Source: Podarcis filfolensis
Taxonomy: Eukaryota
Length of the DNA stretch: 64,000 nucleotides
Assembly (NCBI GenBank): GCA_964270895.1
Contig: OZ185439.1
Strand: one strand, 5' to 3'
Part shown: piece by piece, positions 40,901 to 55,740 of the stretch
Numbering within the stretch: position 1 is the first letter of the stretch
How the letters are laid out: each line of letters starts with the position of its first letter
Program-made: the position numbers and the translations under genes
The notes under the pieces: generated by a model
Seen by the model: only the letters and a program-made list of their open reading frames with translations
The model's database searches: none
Told to the model about the DNA's origin: nothing

Positions 40901-43900
40901 AGACTTAGTTTGATCCACCCAAACTGTTCTTCTGTTTTAAATAGTTGGTTTCCAGTCCTAACTTTATGCACAGCCACATCATACACTAATTTAACCAAAA
41001 CCCCACAATTCTGTCAATATAAATTTAGGATTATCTCTGTGATGAACTACTGAAAGCATCACCTGACTAGTGGTGGCAATGCATAACCCTACTACCCAAA
41101 CTCATTCTGAGTGTTAGGGTTCTGGGCCATAAGACCTTTTCCATCCATTGTAATTGGAGAGATAGCAATGTGTAGAAAGCTGCCCTGTTCCATGGAAGTG
41201 AATGGAGAAGCCTGTGTGCCCCAAGATGGAGATTAGGACAGTTCTTTTTATAGTGGCAGAGAGAACTGCCAAATAAGGGAAGGAACTACTATAGTGCAAA
41301 GTGATCTGGTGTACTTGTTTCCTCATTCTGCCTCTTGCTATTATCCCAGACATAACTGCTGAATCAGGAGATGGGGCCAACCTGAATTGGGGCCATTATG
41401 CAGATCTTGAACATTTATGGCTACTGATACAATAGGTTACGTAATGGAATCTGCAAGGGGTCTCCTATCCTCTCTCCATCGTATCAATGTATTAGTGTGC
41501 TGCAGTTTAATGCATTCATTAATGATTTTGGCTATAATTTTAAAAGTGAATGTTTGCCCTGCCAGTTAATCTTGCCTTGTTGTGAAGGCCATTAAGAACT
41601 ACTCATCTCAACTGGTAGTATTGTTGTCTGCTTAGTTTTAAATTTTAACCACTATGTCAGCTGTGTCTCAGATTGCTAGGCATGAAAGCCATTTTATATT
41701 TGTATATCTCTGATGTATTTTCATGTGTAAATAAGTGCCAGCCTATTATCTTTAAGAAAGGGAACAACTGAGTACCTCTGTATATAGTAGAAGTCTTCCT
41801 GCTTGCATATCAAATCTATTATTTCTTTGTTAAATTTGTATTCTGTCTTTTCTACAAGAGCTCAAAGTCTCTCACATGGATATTACTCTGGCCAAGATCT
41901 ATTTAGTAAATTTCACCAATGCAACTGTACCATGTGCCTTCAGACCAGTTAAGAACCTGTGATTTCTTTACTGTGCAATCCCATACAATTCTGTTCAGAA
42001 GCAAGCCCCATTCAGTTCAATAATAATAAGATTTATAGGATTGCAAGTTGGATACCATACAAATCAATAGCAACTTTACTATTAGAAGTCCTGAACACTG
42101 TGATAGAGGAATGCCATCTGCATTGGGCTTTGAAAGCAATAAATATTCCAAATTAAATTGATGGATCGAAGAATTTAATTTAGAAAAAATTCCAGATGTT
42201 TCTCCTGTGTGATATTTTCTCCAAAATAAGGGAAAATCCCTCACACTTAGAAAGATCAAATTAAACCTGCTACTGTTCTCGTGTGAGTAATATTTTTTTC
42301 TTAATACATTTTTTTGGCTGGAGCATTCCTTATGAATGAAAGGTATCTTACAGGAACCCTGGCTGATACAGAGCAATAACATTCTTCCTGAATTGTACAT
42401 TTCTTTGGCTTGCACCCAACCCTGCAACTGTTACTCTGGCTGTTGTCTGATAGATATCAGCAAGGCAACTCATCTGCGCCAGGCAGGTGGAATCAGGGCC
42501 TTCTCAGACAATGAAAGTCTTTGTTGTTGTGATGGGAACAGATAGCTACAGGGTAAACATTTAAGACAGACAACAAGCGAGCAGGTTCTCAAGGATAAGC
42601 TTTATAAGAGCAGGAAGGTTAGCATCAGCCACGGTGTACATGGAAGTCAGAGGACGTGATTATAGTTCATGGGAACCAAGAGTGCAGGATGGGATACATT
42701 CAATTCAGTTTCCTTTGCAGGCTTAAAATAGAGCCATTGTAAATTATGTCAGCCTGTCTGAAACCACTAAAATAATTGTTAAGAAGGTCTGAGAATGCAC
42801 AATATGCATTGTTGTATGGCTTTGATGTGTGAAGGGCAAGAGCCTGTGATATAACACAAACTGAGCAAAAGTTAAACTGTTCAACTCTTCTTTACTGGAG
42901 GAAGCTGAGTTTTAATGCATAAGGATAATAATCATACCCGCTATTTAGAGTTTAGAGTTTAGAGGTGAGTGGTGGTATATAGCCAAAGTGGCAACATCCA
43001 CACCCAGGAGGGAAGTGTCAGCAAGCTTGGAAGAACCTTAAGTTTTGCAGAAGGACAGAAAACCTTGACGGGGGAAAAACCCTCAATAAGCTCAGTGGGA
43101 ACTGAACATGTTCAGGGGCCATGGAATACTGACTGATTTGTTGGGGTAGGGGAGATAGAAAACAGAGTCGGAGGGGAAATGGAACAGTATAATCCTGGAT
43201 GACTGACTGCAACACCCCATGCTGCAACATTTTATTGCAGGCTCATCTATTTTAAAATTTCAGGCTATGTGTGCCATTTATATTCCCATACAAAAGGGAG
43301 GAATCAGCCGGGAACTCTTAAGGTTTTCAGAAGTATGTTTCTTGTTGTGTTTTAGGGAAAAACCCTAAGCGGGAGGGGACTCCTCCCAACAGCCCAAAGC
43401 CTACTAACTGTGCTCGGTGACCATGGAATGCTAAGTAACAACCGAGGAAGACACAAAACTGGAAGGAGAATGGAATGACCGAAATCTTTTACGGCAGCAT
43501 GCCACAAACAGCAATGCTTTGTTGCAGGTCCTCCTTGCATTTGCACTGATTTTGAAGAAAACTTACCACATACCTGTGTTAGCAAGGCCCTGCCGAGAGC
43601 ACACATTTGTTCTGAATGCAGATTTGTTTTAGTAAATGGCCACAGGAATTGTTCCAACTGTAGAAATTAGCTTAGAGAATGTATTCTTTGTTCATGGTGC
43701 ACATATACAACCACAGTACCTTATTTCTGAAAACAGTCCAGTATAGCTGCCATGGTAATGCAGTATATATATATAGCAGTATATATCAAAAGCACTAAAC
43801 CTGTGGTAACTTCTGTTCAGACTTTCTTAGATAAAAGTAACTTTATATGCTTGTGCAATCAAAATAATGGAGCAAACCACGGGGTCAAGTTACTCATGCA

Positions 43901-44703
43901 TATGCAAGTGTTTCTGGGGTCAATATGGTATTCTCTTCTGCAATTATGTCTTATGTCTTATATCATTGTACTATAAAGCAGTGACCATAATCCAGAACTC
44001 CACGTATGTGCAAAAGATTGGCTTGCATGTAACGTTTTTGTATCTCTTCTCAACTTGCACGTAGAGGACTGCTGAATCGGGGTTTCAGGTGCATGCACAT
44101 GGATTTTTCTGGATCCTGGCCAACGCATATAAACGCTCAAGGCTGTCAAATATTATGAACAATAAAACAATGTGATACTAATGTTGAATTTTTTTTTTTA
44201 AAAGGGAAAGAAATGTGGGGATTTTCATTTTCTGCTTCTCATTATATTTGCCTAACTGGATTCCTTGTTTTGGTGGTTGTGACAGTTTTTTTTTTAACAT
44301 GCAATCTGCACTCAGACTCATCCTTTCAGATGTCTGACTAACAATGCAGCCCCTATACATGTTTAAGGCCTTGGTGCTGTCCATTGTTGGTCATACTCAG
44401 AACAGACCCGTTCAAATCAACAGACTGTGTTAAATGGGGCTTGCTTTTAAGTGTATGCACATAGGAATGCTGGTTGCAGTCATAGTTGCATATACAAGGA
44501 TATAAATTCCATTGAACTCAGTGGGTCTTATTTCTGAGTAAACATGTTTAGGAATGAGCTCTAAGTAAGTTTTCTAAAAGTGTAAGAGACTTCAGATGCT
44601 CAGTTTAAAGCAGCTGGGTGGGACTGAATGGGGTGTGGGGAGGAGGAACAGAAAAAATTACTTTAAATCCTGAGTTTTTGTTGTTGTTGTTGTTTACACA
44701 CAG

Positions 44704-46066
<1,363 letters not shown>

Positions 46067-47498
46067 GTAATACACATGAAACAAGCTATACAGATGGCCT
46101 AAATGGTCCTCAGCCATTTAATGTAATAAAATGCACAAATAGTTGAAATTTGAATGAATGCAGCTTAGGGACTGGGGATTTTTAAACATTTATTCTCTTA
46201 ATACAAAATAATTATTATATTTGAAGCAATTTTCCCTTCAGAAAAAATAATGTATTTAAAAATTGGCAGTCAAATCCAGCTTTTGTTTGCAAACTAGGAA
46301 CGTCGATCTCCACTGCAATCAAAGGTGTTTCACTCAAGAACTCAAAACACGTTGTACCATAGCAACACAACGTGGAACTCAAGGGTAAAATTCTGCCTTT
46401 ATTTACAATCAAGTAATCTACTGATTTGTTTTTAATTATTGGGAAGTGTTTGTTGCACTCTGCTGTGCAGAGTATTACAACTAATGCCAAAGAAACTGCA
46501 TGATAAATAGTAATATAGCAATGAAATATCAATAACAGTAAATATTACTTAGTGTGTTCTGATATTTTATTGAACACAGGACAATAGAACAATTATTCCA
46601 AAGGGAAATAGCAATATATGCTATTTCTGGATCTATCCAGGGAGACACCCGAAAGAGCCGGTGCATTCAAACAAATTCAATTTGATATCCCTGATTAGAG
46701 ATTTTTCTGGGTTTTCATAAAATAGTTTCTTTATTTGCCACATTGAATGGGTACTGTCTTCCTTGTGATCTCTGGAAAGACAATACAATAAATTGTTTCC
46801 CCAAGTTTGCCACTTCAAATGGCAGGCTAGCCAAGTTTCTCTCTTTGTAAGTAAGAGCCCAAGCCTGATGGATCTATCATCAGGCATGCAGCTGTACCCA
46901 AATATAGTTTCCTCATGAGTGGAAGTATTCTAGCTGCCCCCTGACAATGCAGACTAGTGTGTTTCCCATGAGTATATTGACTTCTCTTGGTGTACAGCCG
47001 TAGGTGCGTATGTGTTGCAAAGGAGCAAAGCAGACCACAAGAACAGATGAACAAAAATCTAAACAAAACGCAATTGGACAAGAGATAATAACGGCTGCCG
47101 GCTGCCTAAGGTGTTCATTCCCATGTAATATGCCAGCACACGGCAAGAGTTTTCTAAATTAATTAAATAATTAAAGGCTCTTTAATTGAAGCCCTCAATA
47201 ACCCACCCACAGAGCAGAGAGCTCACTGCATCTCTGCATGATTTACTGCTGTGGCTTAACATCCTTTGAATGAACCTCTGCTTTGGATGGCCCTCTCTCT
47301 CTAATGGAGAAACTCATTCATCCGCAATGCAGAGATGGCAGCAGAATTACCCACCCTCAGAAGGGACTCCAATCTGCCTGTGCTTGAGTCACTGCTCTGG
47401 CCTTGCTTCTTTCCCACCAGGAGACATACCCAGATCAGTGACTCATGCAGAAACACAGGGAGTGAGGGGCTCCTCTGAGAGTGAGTAATTTTAACTCT

Positions 47499-47643
47499 TA
47501 AAGGTAAAGGTAAAGGTACCCCTGCCCGTACGGGCCAGTCTTGACAGACTCTAGGGTTGTGCGCTCATCTCACTCTAGAGGCCGGGAGCCAGCGCTGTCC
47601 GCAGACACTTCCGGGTCACGTGGCCAGCGTGACGAAGCTGCTC
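47499..47643 (-). mobile_element. Sauria SINE 3' portion
   Basis: taaaggtaaaggtaaaggtacccctg...gcgctcatctc...cttccgggtcacgtggccagcgtgac. Confidence 0.88.
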
Positions 47644-48516
47644 CATATTCTAGAACTATGCTGTTCAGGTTAAACAGGGAAAGGAACATTTTATTTTTAT
47701 ATTTTGAAAGAATAAAGTTTGGGAAAAACTGGCCTACGTTTATGAACAAGTGCTGAATGACGCCAACTTGCTGTTTTCGAATATCACATCTGGATATTCA
47801 TTCATGGGATTTAGACCTAAATAAATATAGCATCCCTGTGAAAAGTATCTCTCCCCCCCCCTAGTTTTGTTTATTTCTGTAGTATTTGTCTACTATGGAA
47901 TTTGCTGCTTCAGTCACTTGGCACAACTTAACTAATCTACAACTTCCAAATGTAAAACAAAAAATCCTCTCATTCTGTAAACAGTTAGCCAATATTGACA
48001 TGATATAAACTTGGCAGACCTTCATGATGAGTTACAAAAAAACCATAATCCTATTTGGGGGGGAGAAAATATGAATATGGAAATAGATGTATTTTGCATT
48101 TGAAGCGGTGAGCGTCGATGCTGACATATTTGGAACTCATTTCCCATACTTCAAAAGCAGATAATATTATTAATAGTAAAACAATAATAAATGCTTCATA
48201 GAAATATTTTAAGTCCAATTGTTTGTTTGTTTTTAATATTTGATTTTGTTCCATAGAAAATTGGCCATTTCAACTCTGTAGTTTTGATAATATAGTTATG
48301 GTTTTGATAACTGTGCTCAGACCACTCAGCAGTTTCTGTTGCGCATAATAGTAGATACTTGAAACTGGAATGTTTCCAGAGCCATTGGCGTAGTTTTTTA
48401 AGGGGTGCCCACCAGCCTCATTGACATTAAAGAGCATAGTGAATTGCACCTCCTTGTCTTTGATCTTTGTGCCTGAGAAGTTTTGCCTCTTGTTCTGAAT
48501 CCAAGTTATCAAATAG

Positions 48517-48714
<198 letters not shown>

Positions 48715-49836
48715 TAGACGCAGGTGCACAGGAACAACGGGAATCTTAGTCATTATCGGATTTCCTAGAACATACAAGTTTTAGTGAGCAGGGAGAAACA
48801 AACCACGTAGCATTGTTTTACTTTTCACAATGTTTTTCAGGAAGACTTCAGGAGAACAGTGCAACTGTCTCCACATGCCCAGTGGAATTCTGGGGTTGTG
48901 TGTCTCAGATGCCACAAGAGAAGCCCCTTAGGGTGTACTGGAAGTAGTCTTTCATCTGGCATGAATGCCTCTAAGAAAAATGCCCAGAAGTCGCACTATG
49001 CAGACTGGCATGAGCAAAATGCCGGGCACACCCAAAGCACCTCCCTGAATTTCTAGCCTCTGTTTTCAAGGCGCTGTGCTTGTTAAACTAAGTTCTTATG
49101 CAGTTATGCCAAACAAAAGCACCTGGTGAAATGATAATATGACTGATCCACCATATGTCTACTTCTCAATTTTTCAAGATATGTCAACAGGGAGCAACTT
49201 CTGGTATTTGCTTATGTCATACCTGCCAGGGGGCAAAAATGCACAACCCAACTGCATGACAGACAGGCTCAGTCACAAGTTTAGGGTCTATTTTGTTTCT
49301 AAGCCACAGGAATTTGTGGGTCCACCTTAATACATAACCTTTGTCACCTGTAACTTCTTGATGCATGAGATAAAATTGAGCACTGCTTGCATACACTTCA
49401 CCATTTTTGTTTTGTCAGGTCAGGGTTGCTTCTTCTGGTTGTGCTAGTTTAGTAGCCTAAACAAAGGTCTAGGATCTTGGAATTCTAATTTCTATTGCTA
49501 TGTTTCATTTATAACACTATAGGCAAACACCGATATTATTGTTCCACAATACTGTGGAAAGCCACTGTTTTGCTGTTGAAAATGATTATGCGCAGCTTAG
49601 CAGGCATGGCCAAGCTCAGAGGATAAGGTTATGAGAACTTGTCAGCAACCATATTTGTGGTAGTCCATAACATGACAAAAATTAGTGTAGGCTGGCATTC
49701 AGGGAAGATTTATTTCATAAGAATCTACCAATAAGTGGATAAAGAATGCATAGTTTATACTAACTGAAACCTGGCTTAGGACACTTCAGGACAAAATTAT
49801 AGGGATGCAGTACATTGCCCAGGCAGGTGCACTATG

Positions 49837-50183
49837 TGACCCGTGAGAGCAGCAAAATAGCCAGACTGTACAACAGTGAGGGGATAAAATCAGGCCAAAT
49901 CTTTATTGACAGCAGCAGACAGGGCAAGGGTTGGCATGGCATTGGGTCCCTGGATCAGTTCATCATTCCACAAGCCCCATGTCGATGGGATGGATCTGCT
50001 GAGTCTAGATCGCTCCAAACCTGCATGACAGGAGTCGGCCAGCGCTGAACCTTGCCATGGTGCAAGCCAAGCAAGCAAGGTCTCACTAGGGACCAGAGTG
50101 CAGATTCCAACTGGGCAGATACCAAACCCACAATTGGGTTTGCCATGGTTCATCCTCAGGCCCCTTATGGGGGGCCCCCTACA
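49837..50183 (-). mobile_element. Candidate solo LTR (347 bp)
   Basis: TG...CA termini flanked by the direct repeat ctatg; a minus-strand AATAAA at 49902-49907 lies near the LTR 3' end. Confidence 0.55.
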
Positions 50184-50254
50184 CTATGTTGATCCTGACC
50201 AATGCCATTTCCGCCCTCATACAAAAAATGTTCTTCCGTCTAACCAAAGAAGTT

Positions 50255-50373
50255 GGGAAGTTTTTAATATTTAATGCTGTATTGTTTTTAACACTCGATT
50301 GGAAGTTGCCCAGAGTGGCTGGGGAAACTCAGCCAGATGGGCGGGGTATAAATAATAAATTATTATTATTATT
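50255..50373 (+). mobile_element. L2 LINE extreme 3' end (same family as 10605)
   Basis: gggaagtttttaat...cagagtggctgggg...cagccagatgggcggggtataaat plus a (tta)n tail closely parallels 11474-11584. Confidence 0.82.
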
Positions 50374-50428
50374 AGGAAAGCCATAATTTCACTGAGGGAA
50401 TGGCAGAGAAAACCCCAACCAAGTGCCA

Positions 50429-50431
<3 letters not shown>

Positions 50432-50506
<75 letters not shown>

Positions 50507-50517
50507 AAAGAAAGAAA
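50432..50517. repeat. Compound (AG)n(AAAG)n microsatellite
   Basis: Direct reading. Confidence 0.97.
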
Positions 50518-51284
50518 TCCTTTCTGGCTCTGTCAACCAGCAACCCAAAATATTTTTGGGGGGGATACTCTCATTTTCCTACTCATATTGAAATACTGCC
50601 CCTCAATGAGGCCAAACTTAGATTCACAAAATGTTTAGGGGCATGTGTACCCCTGCATCTCTCCAGAAAAAAGCACTGCTCTAACCCAAGGGAGGGTGGG
50701 CAGGAAGCTCTCAAAGCAAAATGGCTGTGAGCTTCAGGGGAAGCAGCCTTATATAGGTTTTCCCCTCCCTTCTTCAGCAAGGGCTCATGGGACAGCTTTT
50801 TCCCATGAGCCCATCACACAGAGAAGACACTGGGCAAAACCTTGCCCAGTATTTTGCTGCAATCTATGGGCCATAGCACTGCTGGGCAAAGGGGTCTCAT
50901 GCTTATTAGGCACAGAATGGGGCTTGGAAGTGTTTTTATATTTTATTTTTTGCATGCGTGAGGCTCCAGGCTCAACCCTAGTATCACAATTGGTATTTTG
51001 AATTAAAAAACAACAACAATTGCCAAGCATAAAGTGTTTGCTTCCAGGACTAATGCATGCACAGATGTTAAGTCTCATATGCAGTCATCCTCATGGCATC
51101 AAAACAGACTTGGAAAATCTTTTACATTACAGATTAAGCTCACATCCACAGGGTATACCTCAGTCTAGAGCCTTGAGATATTTTCTCCATAGCGGCTGCT
51201 GTGACTGAGACGAAAGGGAGATTACTGTACTATTGTCAATAAATGATATAAATCGAAACAATATGGAGTCAAACCCATCTTTCT

Positions 51285-51324
51285 TTGTTACTCCTCTGTT
51301 ACTCCTTTGTTACTCCTTTGTTAC
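51285..51324. repeat. Short tandem repeat, 11-bp unit ttgttactcct x ~3.6
   Basis: ttgttactcct ctgttactcct ttgttactcct ttgttac. Confidence 0.9.
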
Positions 51325-52279
51325 CAATTGATGGTGAGTTAAGCATTCCATAACTGTTCTAATTGTTTTTTGAGAGCCAGCATAAAGCAGTAGCTAGACT
51401 ATGAGAACTTAGTTACAATTTATGTTTTGTCATGAGGATGCTAGCAAAAAACTGCCTTCTATATAAAGTGATTGCTCTTTGACATAGCTTTTGAACTGTT
51501 CACATGGGGGAACTCACAAGAAATAGTTCTTATGCCTTCACGTATGACGGAAAGAATGGATGATGTGCAATGTGATGGACCCAATCAAAATGGTACAATG
51601 GGGAATCAGTTACTACAGGGTGAATGCTTTCAACATCTTCTCAGTGGCAAATACAATGTGTGTTTTGGTGTTTAGGCTGGCATGCTGTAAATCTAATGCA
51701 TAGAGCAGGATGTACTCTTATTCTGATCTCTGCCCCAGAATGTGAGAAAGGTGATCTGAATACAGAACAGTGAGATGTGACATGCCATAAACATGATTGC
51801 TAAGTGCCCTCTTCAGCACTCTGGAGCCTGCATTGCTCCCAGGGACTCCAGTGAGCTGCAAGTAATGAAGTAGACTGGACAACTGTGAGGCCAACCAAAC
51901 ACTTGCTAGAACTCATAATCATGCCTGTTGCATGGCAGAGAATAGCTTACTTTGCATCCACAAGCAAGTGGGCTACAGAGCTGTTCAGGATGGTCCAGGG
52001 AATGTCAAAACCTTCTCCAGCGAACTTTGAGAATAAAATTGGTTGCATCTGCAGCAACTTGGACTATAATTTTGTTGCAGATCCCACTGAGATGTCCAGT
52101 GCATCAGCGGATCTTACTTTGTGGGGTCTGTTGCAGTTAGTGAGGCATTGAAGACATGAACAGGGTCCCTGCAGCAGTGCTACCAGTCATGTGCTTCCTT
52201 GATCCCTGCTGCTCTTGACTGATAAGGACTAGGCAGGAAGCGGCTATGACCAGGTGGGTTCAGGGTGTGGTGATGAGCC

Positions 52280-53297
52280 AGTTGTGCCACCATTCCTCAA
52301 GAAACCCACCCTGGACCTGTTGGTGTATGACAACTACTGCCTAGTCACTAATATCCCCATTTTGAGGAACTAGGGAGATCCACAGTAACCCAGCTGTAGG
52401 AACTCTTGGATAGTACTGATTTTCAGGACCCAACTCAGTGCCTGGATGTAGTTGTGGGATGGATGAGGGCCGGTGAGATGACGGCTCTGTAAGTAAGCAG
52501 TTCTTGGGTCAAGGAAATAATTCACCTGTTCTGGAGGGGGTGCACTCCCTCTGAAATGGTTCCATCGTTGCTACTAGAGACCCAAGTGACCATAGTGGCT
52601 AGGACTAGGAGTGCCTTTTACCAGGTTTGGCTGGTGCAGTAACTACGATGGTTCCTGGACAGGGATAGCTTAGCGACAGTGACCCATGCACTGGGTAATC
52701 TCAGCAATGGATTACTGGAGCGTAGCCTTTGCCTAGGGCTCATGCCAAGGCTGGTTCAGAAGCTGTAGCCAGTACAGAATGCGGTAGCATGGCTGCTCAG
52801 TGGAGTTGCATATTGTGAGCATATTATGAACATAGCAGAGGCAAGTGCATTGGCTGTTAATTTGCTACTGAGCCTGGTTTGAGGTTTCGCTGTTAGCTTA
52901 TAAAGCCCTGAACAAATGTATCCAAAAGAGTGCCTTCTCCCATATAGACAGTCCAACTCATTGAAATCAGCATATGGGAATCTTGTGGTGGCACCACAGC
53001 CACTGGTATTCTGTCTTGTATTCAACAGGTAGAGAGGTCTTTGCCTACCTGAGAAATTAGGCTTGCATAAACTGCATTATGTTTTAAGTATGTTGTAAAA
53101 AGGTGTTTGCTCCAAGAGGCATCTTTTGATTAGTAATGTTGCTGCATACACGGCAACCAGATTGGACTACTATATATTTATATATATCTATTGTTTTATA
53201 CTGATTGTTTGTGTTGCTTTGTAATTCTGTGTTGTACACTGCTTTGGATATTTTTAAAATATAAAGTAGTATATAAAGATTTTAAATAAAATAAAAT
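52280..53297 (+). mobile_element. Heavily decayed, internally deleted L2-type LINE
   Basis: Frameshifted traces of RT motifs in the expected order (KKPTLD, NY.PV.NIP, VTHAL, QNA, HWL, YKALN), ending in an A/T-rich L2-like tail. Confidence 0.6.
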
Positions 53298-53485
53298 GCA
53301 GGATTTCTGCAAAAGCTGGCCTTGGGCCTCAGCTACTCCATAGGGTTGTTATGAAACAAAAATGTGGTTTTGAGCTACTTTAAAGGTTGTGTAATAAATA
53401 CATACTGGAAAGGGGAGAAAGGAAAGGGGAGAAAGGGGAACAGGAATGGGGGGGGGGCGTGGAGGGAAGTTGGCAGGGAGCAATT

Positions 53486-53612
53486 ATAAGAAGGGACATA
53501 AGAAGAGACTGTGGGATCAGGCCTGCAGCCCACGTAGCCCAGCCTCCTGGTCTCACAGATGGGCCAGCCAGATGCCTGAGGGAAAGCTGCAAGCAGGACC
53601 TGAGGAAAGGCT
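53486..53612 (-). mobile_element. CR1-type LINE 3' fragment
   Basis: acataagaagagactgtgggatcaggcc...ctcctggtctcacag...gccagatgcctgagggaa...gcaagcaggacctgag. Confidence 0.7.
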
Positions 53613-53921
53613 GCCATGCAACACCTTCTTTTCTCTAACAACCACACTACGTTTTGTCACATGACTAAGAGACAGTCCCTTTGTCTGTACCCAGGAAGAT
53701 TATGTAAACTTCATCACATCTTTTCTTTCTGCCAAACTTCATATTCTGAGAGCTGCTTCTAACATTTAGTTCTGAAGGGGTAAAATCTTCACACAAAGCT
53801 GCTTGTTTGAAACAGATATACTTTTTAAAATGAAAACTATGGGGATTTCCATATAAATTAGGTAACTGACAGTGAATGTCTACCCAGACCATCTGTCATG
53901 TATGCTTTAGTTGAGTTGAGC

Positions 53922-53975
53922 TTCCTGCATTCCAGGGGGTTGGGCTAGATGGCCCTACAATTCTGTGATTCTATA
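53922..53975 (+). mobile_element. CR1-type SINE tail fragment (same tail as 14753 and 37838)
   Basis: ttcctgcattccagggggttgggctagatggccctacaattctgtgattctat. Confidence 0.7.
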
Positions 53976-54326
53976 TTCCCAGATAAGTGGGTACGTGATT
54001 CCTGAGTGTTATTTTCCTAGGATTATCATGTCATGTCAGTAGTGATCACAGACACTGAGTTCAAAGCAGTAGCTGTGTTCAGCAACCAAAGTTCGGAGGT
54101 GACTTAGTGGAAGGTGGATGAAGTGAACTGTCTCTACCCTTCTCTCTCACCCCTATATATCAATGCCAGTCACTCTCCCACTTCACAAACCATTGCTCTG
54201 TTTTGCTTGTGGGAAATGTACACAAACCTGTTGCACCTTTAGAAGTATTTTTGTGTGGTGGCTAACACTGTGTTAGGTGTTTATCAGCTACAATAACCCA
54301 GGAGCCATAATGCCATAGTTGTTAAA

Positions 54327-54502
54327 GTAGGGAGATGCATATTCAAGTCCCCACTCAGCCATGAAGATCACTGGATGACTGTGACCCAGTTACTCTCAGC
54401 CTAGCCAAATTCATAGGGTTGCTGTGAGAATAAAATGGGGAAAACCACTTATGCTGTTCTGGGCTTTGTGGAGGGAAGGCAGATTTTAAATGTAGTATTA
54501 CT
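54327..54502 (+). mobile_element. tRNA/CORE-type (MIR- or Squam3-like) SINE, diverged
   Basis: ttcaagtccccactcagccatgaag...ctcagcctagcc...agggttgctgtgagaataaaatgggg. Confidence 0.6.
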
Positions 54503-54685
54503 AAAAAAATGCTGATGATGAGACGTGTGGGTTGCGGTACATGCCACCCCAGGGGAGTGCTACGTGCCAGAGTGGGTTGGAAACAGACCCAAAAGAACTG
54601 TATTTTATTATTTTATGTGAGCCACCTTGGGTAGCCTTCTGGATCAAAAGGAAGAACAGAAATAAAATAGAGTAATTAACATAGA

Positions 54686-54822
54686 TGGTTGGACAGTGTT
54701 CTCGAAGCTACCAGCATGAGTTTGACCAAACTGCGGGAGGCAGTGGAAGACAGGAGTGCCTGGCATGCTCCGGTCCATGGGGTCACGAAGAGTCGGTCAC
54801 GACTAAATGACTAAACAATAAC
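54686..54822 (+). mobile_element. RTE-BovB LINE 3' end with target-site duplication
   Basis: tggttggacagtgttctcgaagct...catgagtttgaccaaactgcgggaggcagtggaagacagg...gtccatggggtcacgaagagtcgg...gactaaacaataac. Flanked by aattaacataga at 54674-54685 and 54823-54834. Confidence 0.88.
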
Positions 54823-54828
54823 AATTAA

Positions 54829-54994
54829 CATAGAAACATAGGAAATGGCCTTATATTGAGTCAAACAAGTGGTCCATCTAGCTCAGTATTATTTACACTG
54901 ATTGGCAGCAGCTCCCCTGGCCCTACCTGGAGACTGTAGAGATGGAACCCAAGACCTTCTGTATGGAAGTCCAACTGCTCTACCACCGAGCTAC
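54829..54994 (-). mobile_element. tRNA-derived SINE with CR1-type (ttcctatgtttctatg) tail
   Basis: The reverse strand begins gtagctcggtggtagagcag...agaaggtcttgggttccatctc and ends tttcctatgtttctatg. Confidence 0.65.
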
Positions 54995-55046
54995 AAATAT
55001 TGATAAACCCTATGTCAGAACTCACTCCCAAACTCTTACGGCCACA

Positions 55047-55174
55047 CAGTGGTTAAGTACTTAATTTGTTAACCTGAAACTGTTCTTAACCTGAAGCACC
55101 ACTTTAGCGAATGGTGCCTCCCGCTGCCGCCGCGCCACCGGAACACGAAGCGTATGTAACCCGATGTACCACTG
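55047..55174. mobile_element. Tigger-like (Tc1/mariner) MITE, internally deleted
   Basis: Starts cagtggtt and ends gtatgtaacccgatgtaccactg|TA; internal aacctgaa repeats. Confidence 0.75.
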
Positions 55175-55418
55175 TAGTTGAAATGAGAGGCGATTAAAAC
55201 AAATACGCTTGTTTTGGCTGCAGTGACTTAGAGCTTCCTAGTAGCCCCTGCAAAAGGATGTAGTAAGAGGTTAATGGAAGGCTGGTCAACAGGTTTGCCT
55301 CAGGGTGATGTGACTGAGCTTCATGGAATCTTCCTTGTGGAGTGCCCAAGGCATAGAAAATAAAGTGTGAGGTAACACAAGGTATGGGCTCTCTTTTTTT
55401 GTGGAGAAGAATCATGCC

Positions 55419-55740
55419 CAGCGGTGGAGCGTATGCCTGTGCTGCCTGGGGCGGTGTGTGGGATGTGCCCCTGAGGGGGGGGGGTGCGGCAGGTGTCCTT
55501 GGCACACCACAGTCCAGGGTAGGAGAGGCGCGGGGAAGCTGCCACCCACTCTCCCCCTGCTTACCTCCTCCGGGTCAGCCTGTGCCAGGCACAAGCGCCG
55601 CAGCCAAGGCGCAGCTCCTCCTTGCGTGGAGCCAGGCTCCAATAAAGGAGCCTGCTGTGGGGGAGCCTGTTTGAGCCCCCTCACAAAATTGCATCCGGGG
55701 CCACGGCCCCCATGGCCCCCCCTCCCATGCTACGCCTCTG
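55419..55740. mobile_element. hAT-superfamily MITE, GC-rich, 322 bp
   Basis: Termini cagcggtggagc / gctacgcctctg (9/12 inverted match); 8-bp TSD atcatgcc / atcatgct. Confidence 0.8.

Noticed and set aside
47070-47095. EVI1 autoregulatory site (gacaagagataa)
   Set aside because: Only a partial match to the GACAAGATAA-type consensus; such matches are expected by chance in 64 kb.
49830-50189. hAT element with 8-bp TSD cactatgt (same octamer as the TSD at 61721)
   Set aside because: No terminal inverted repeats inside the 8-bp repeat; the TG...CA plus 5-bp TSD reading explains the overlap, and the shared octamer is treated as coincidence.
50400-50638. ER/RK-repeat ORFs
   Set aside because: Translation of the (AG)n(AAAG)n microsatellite.
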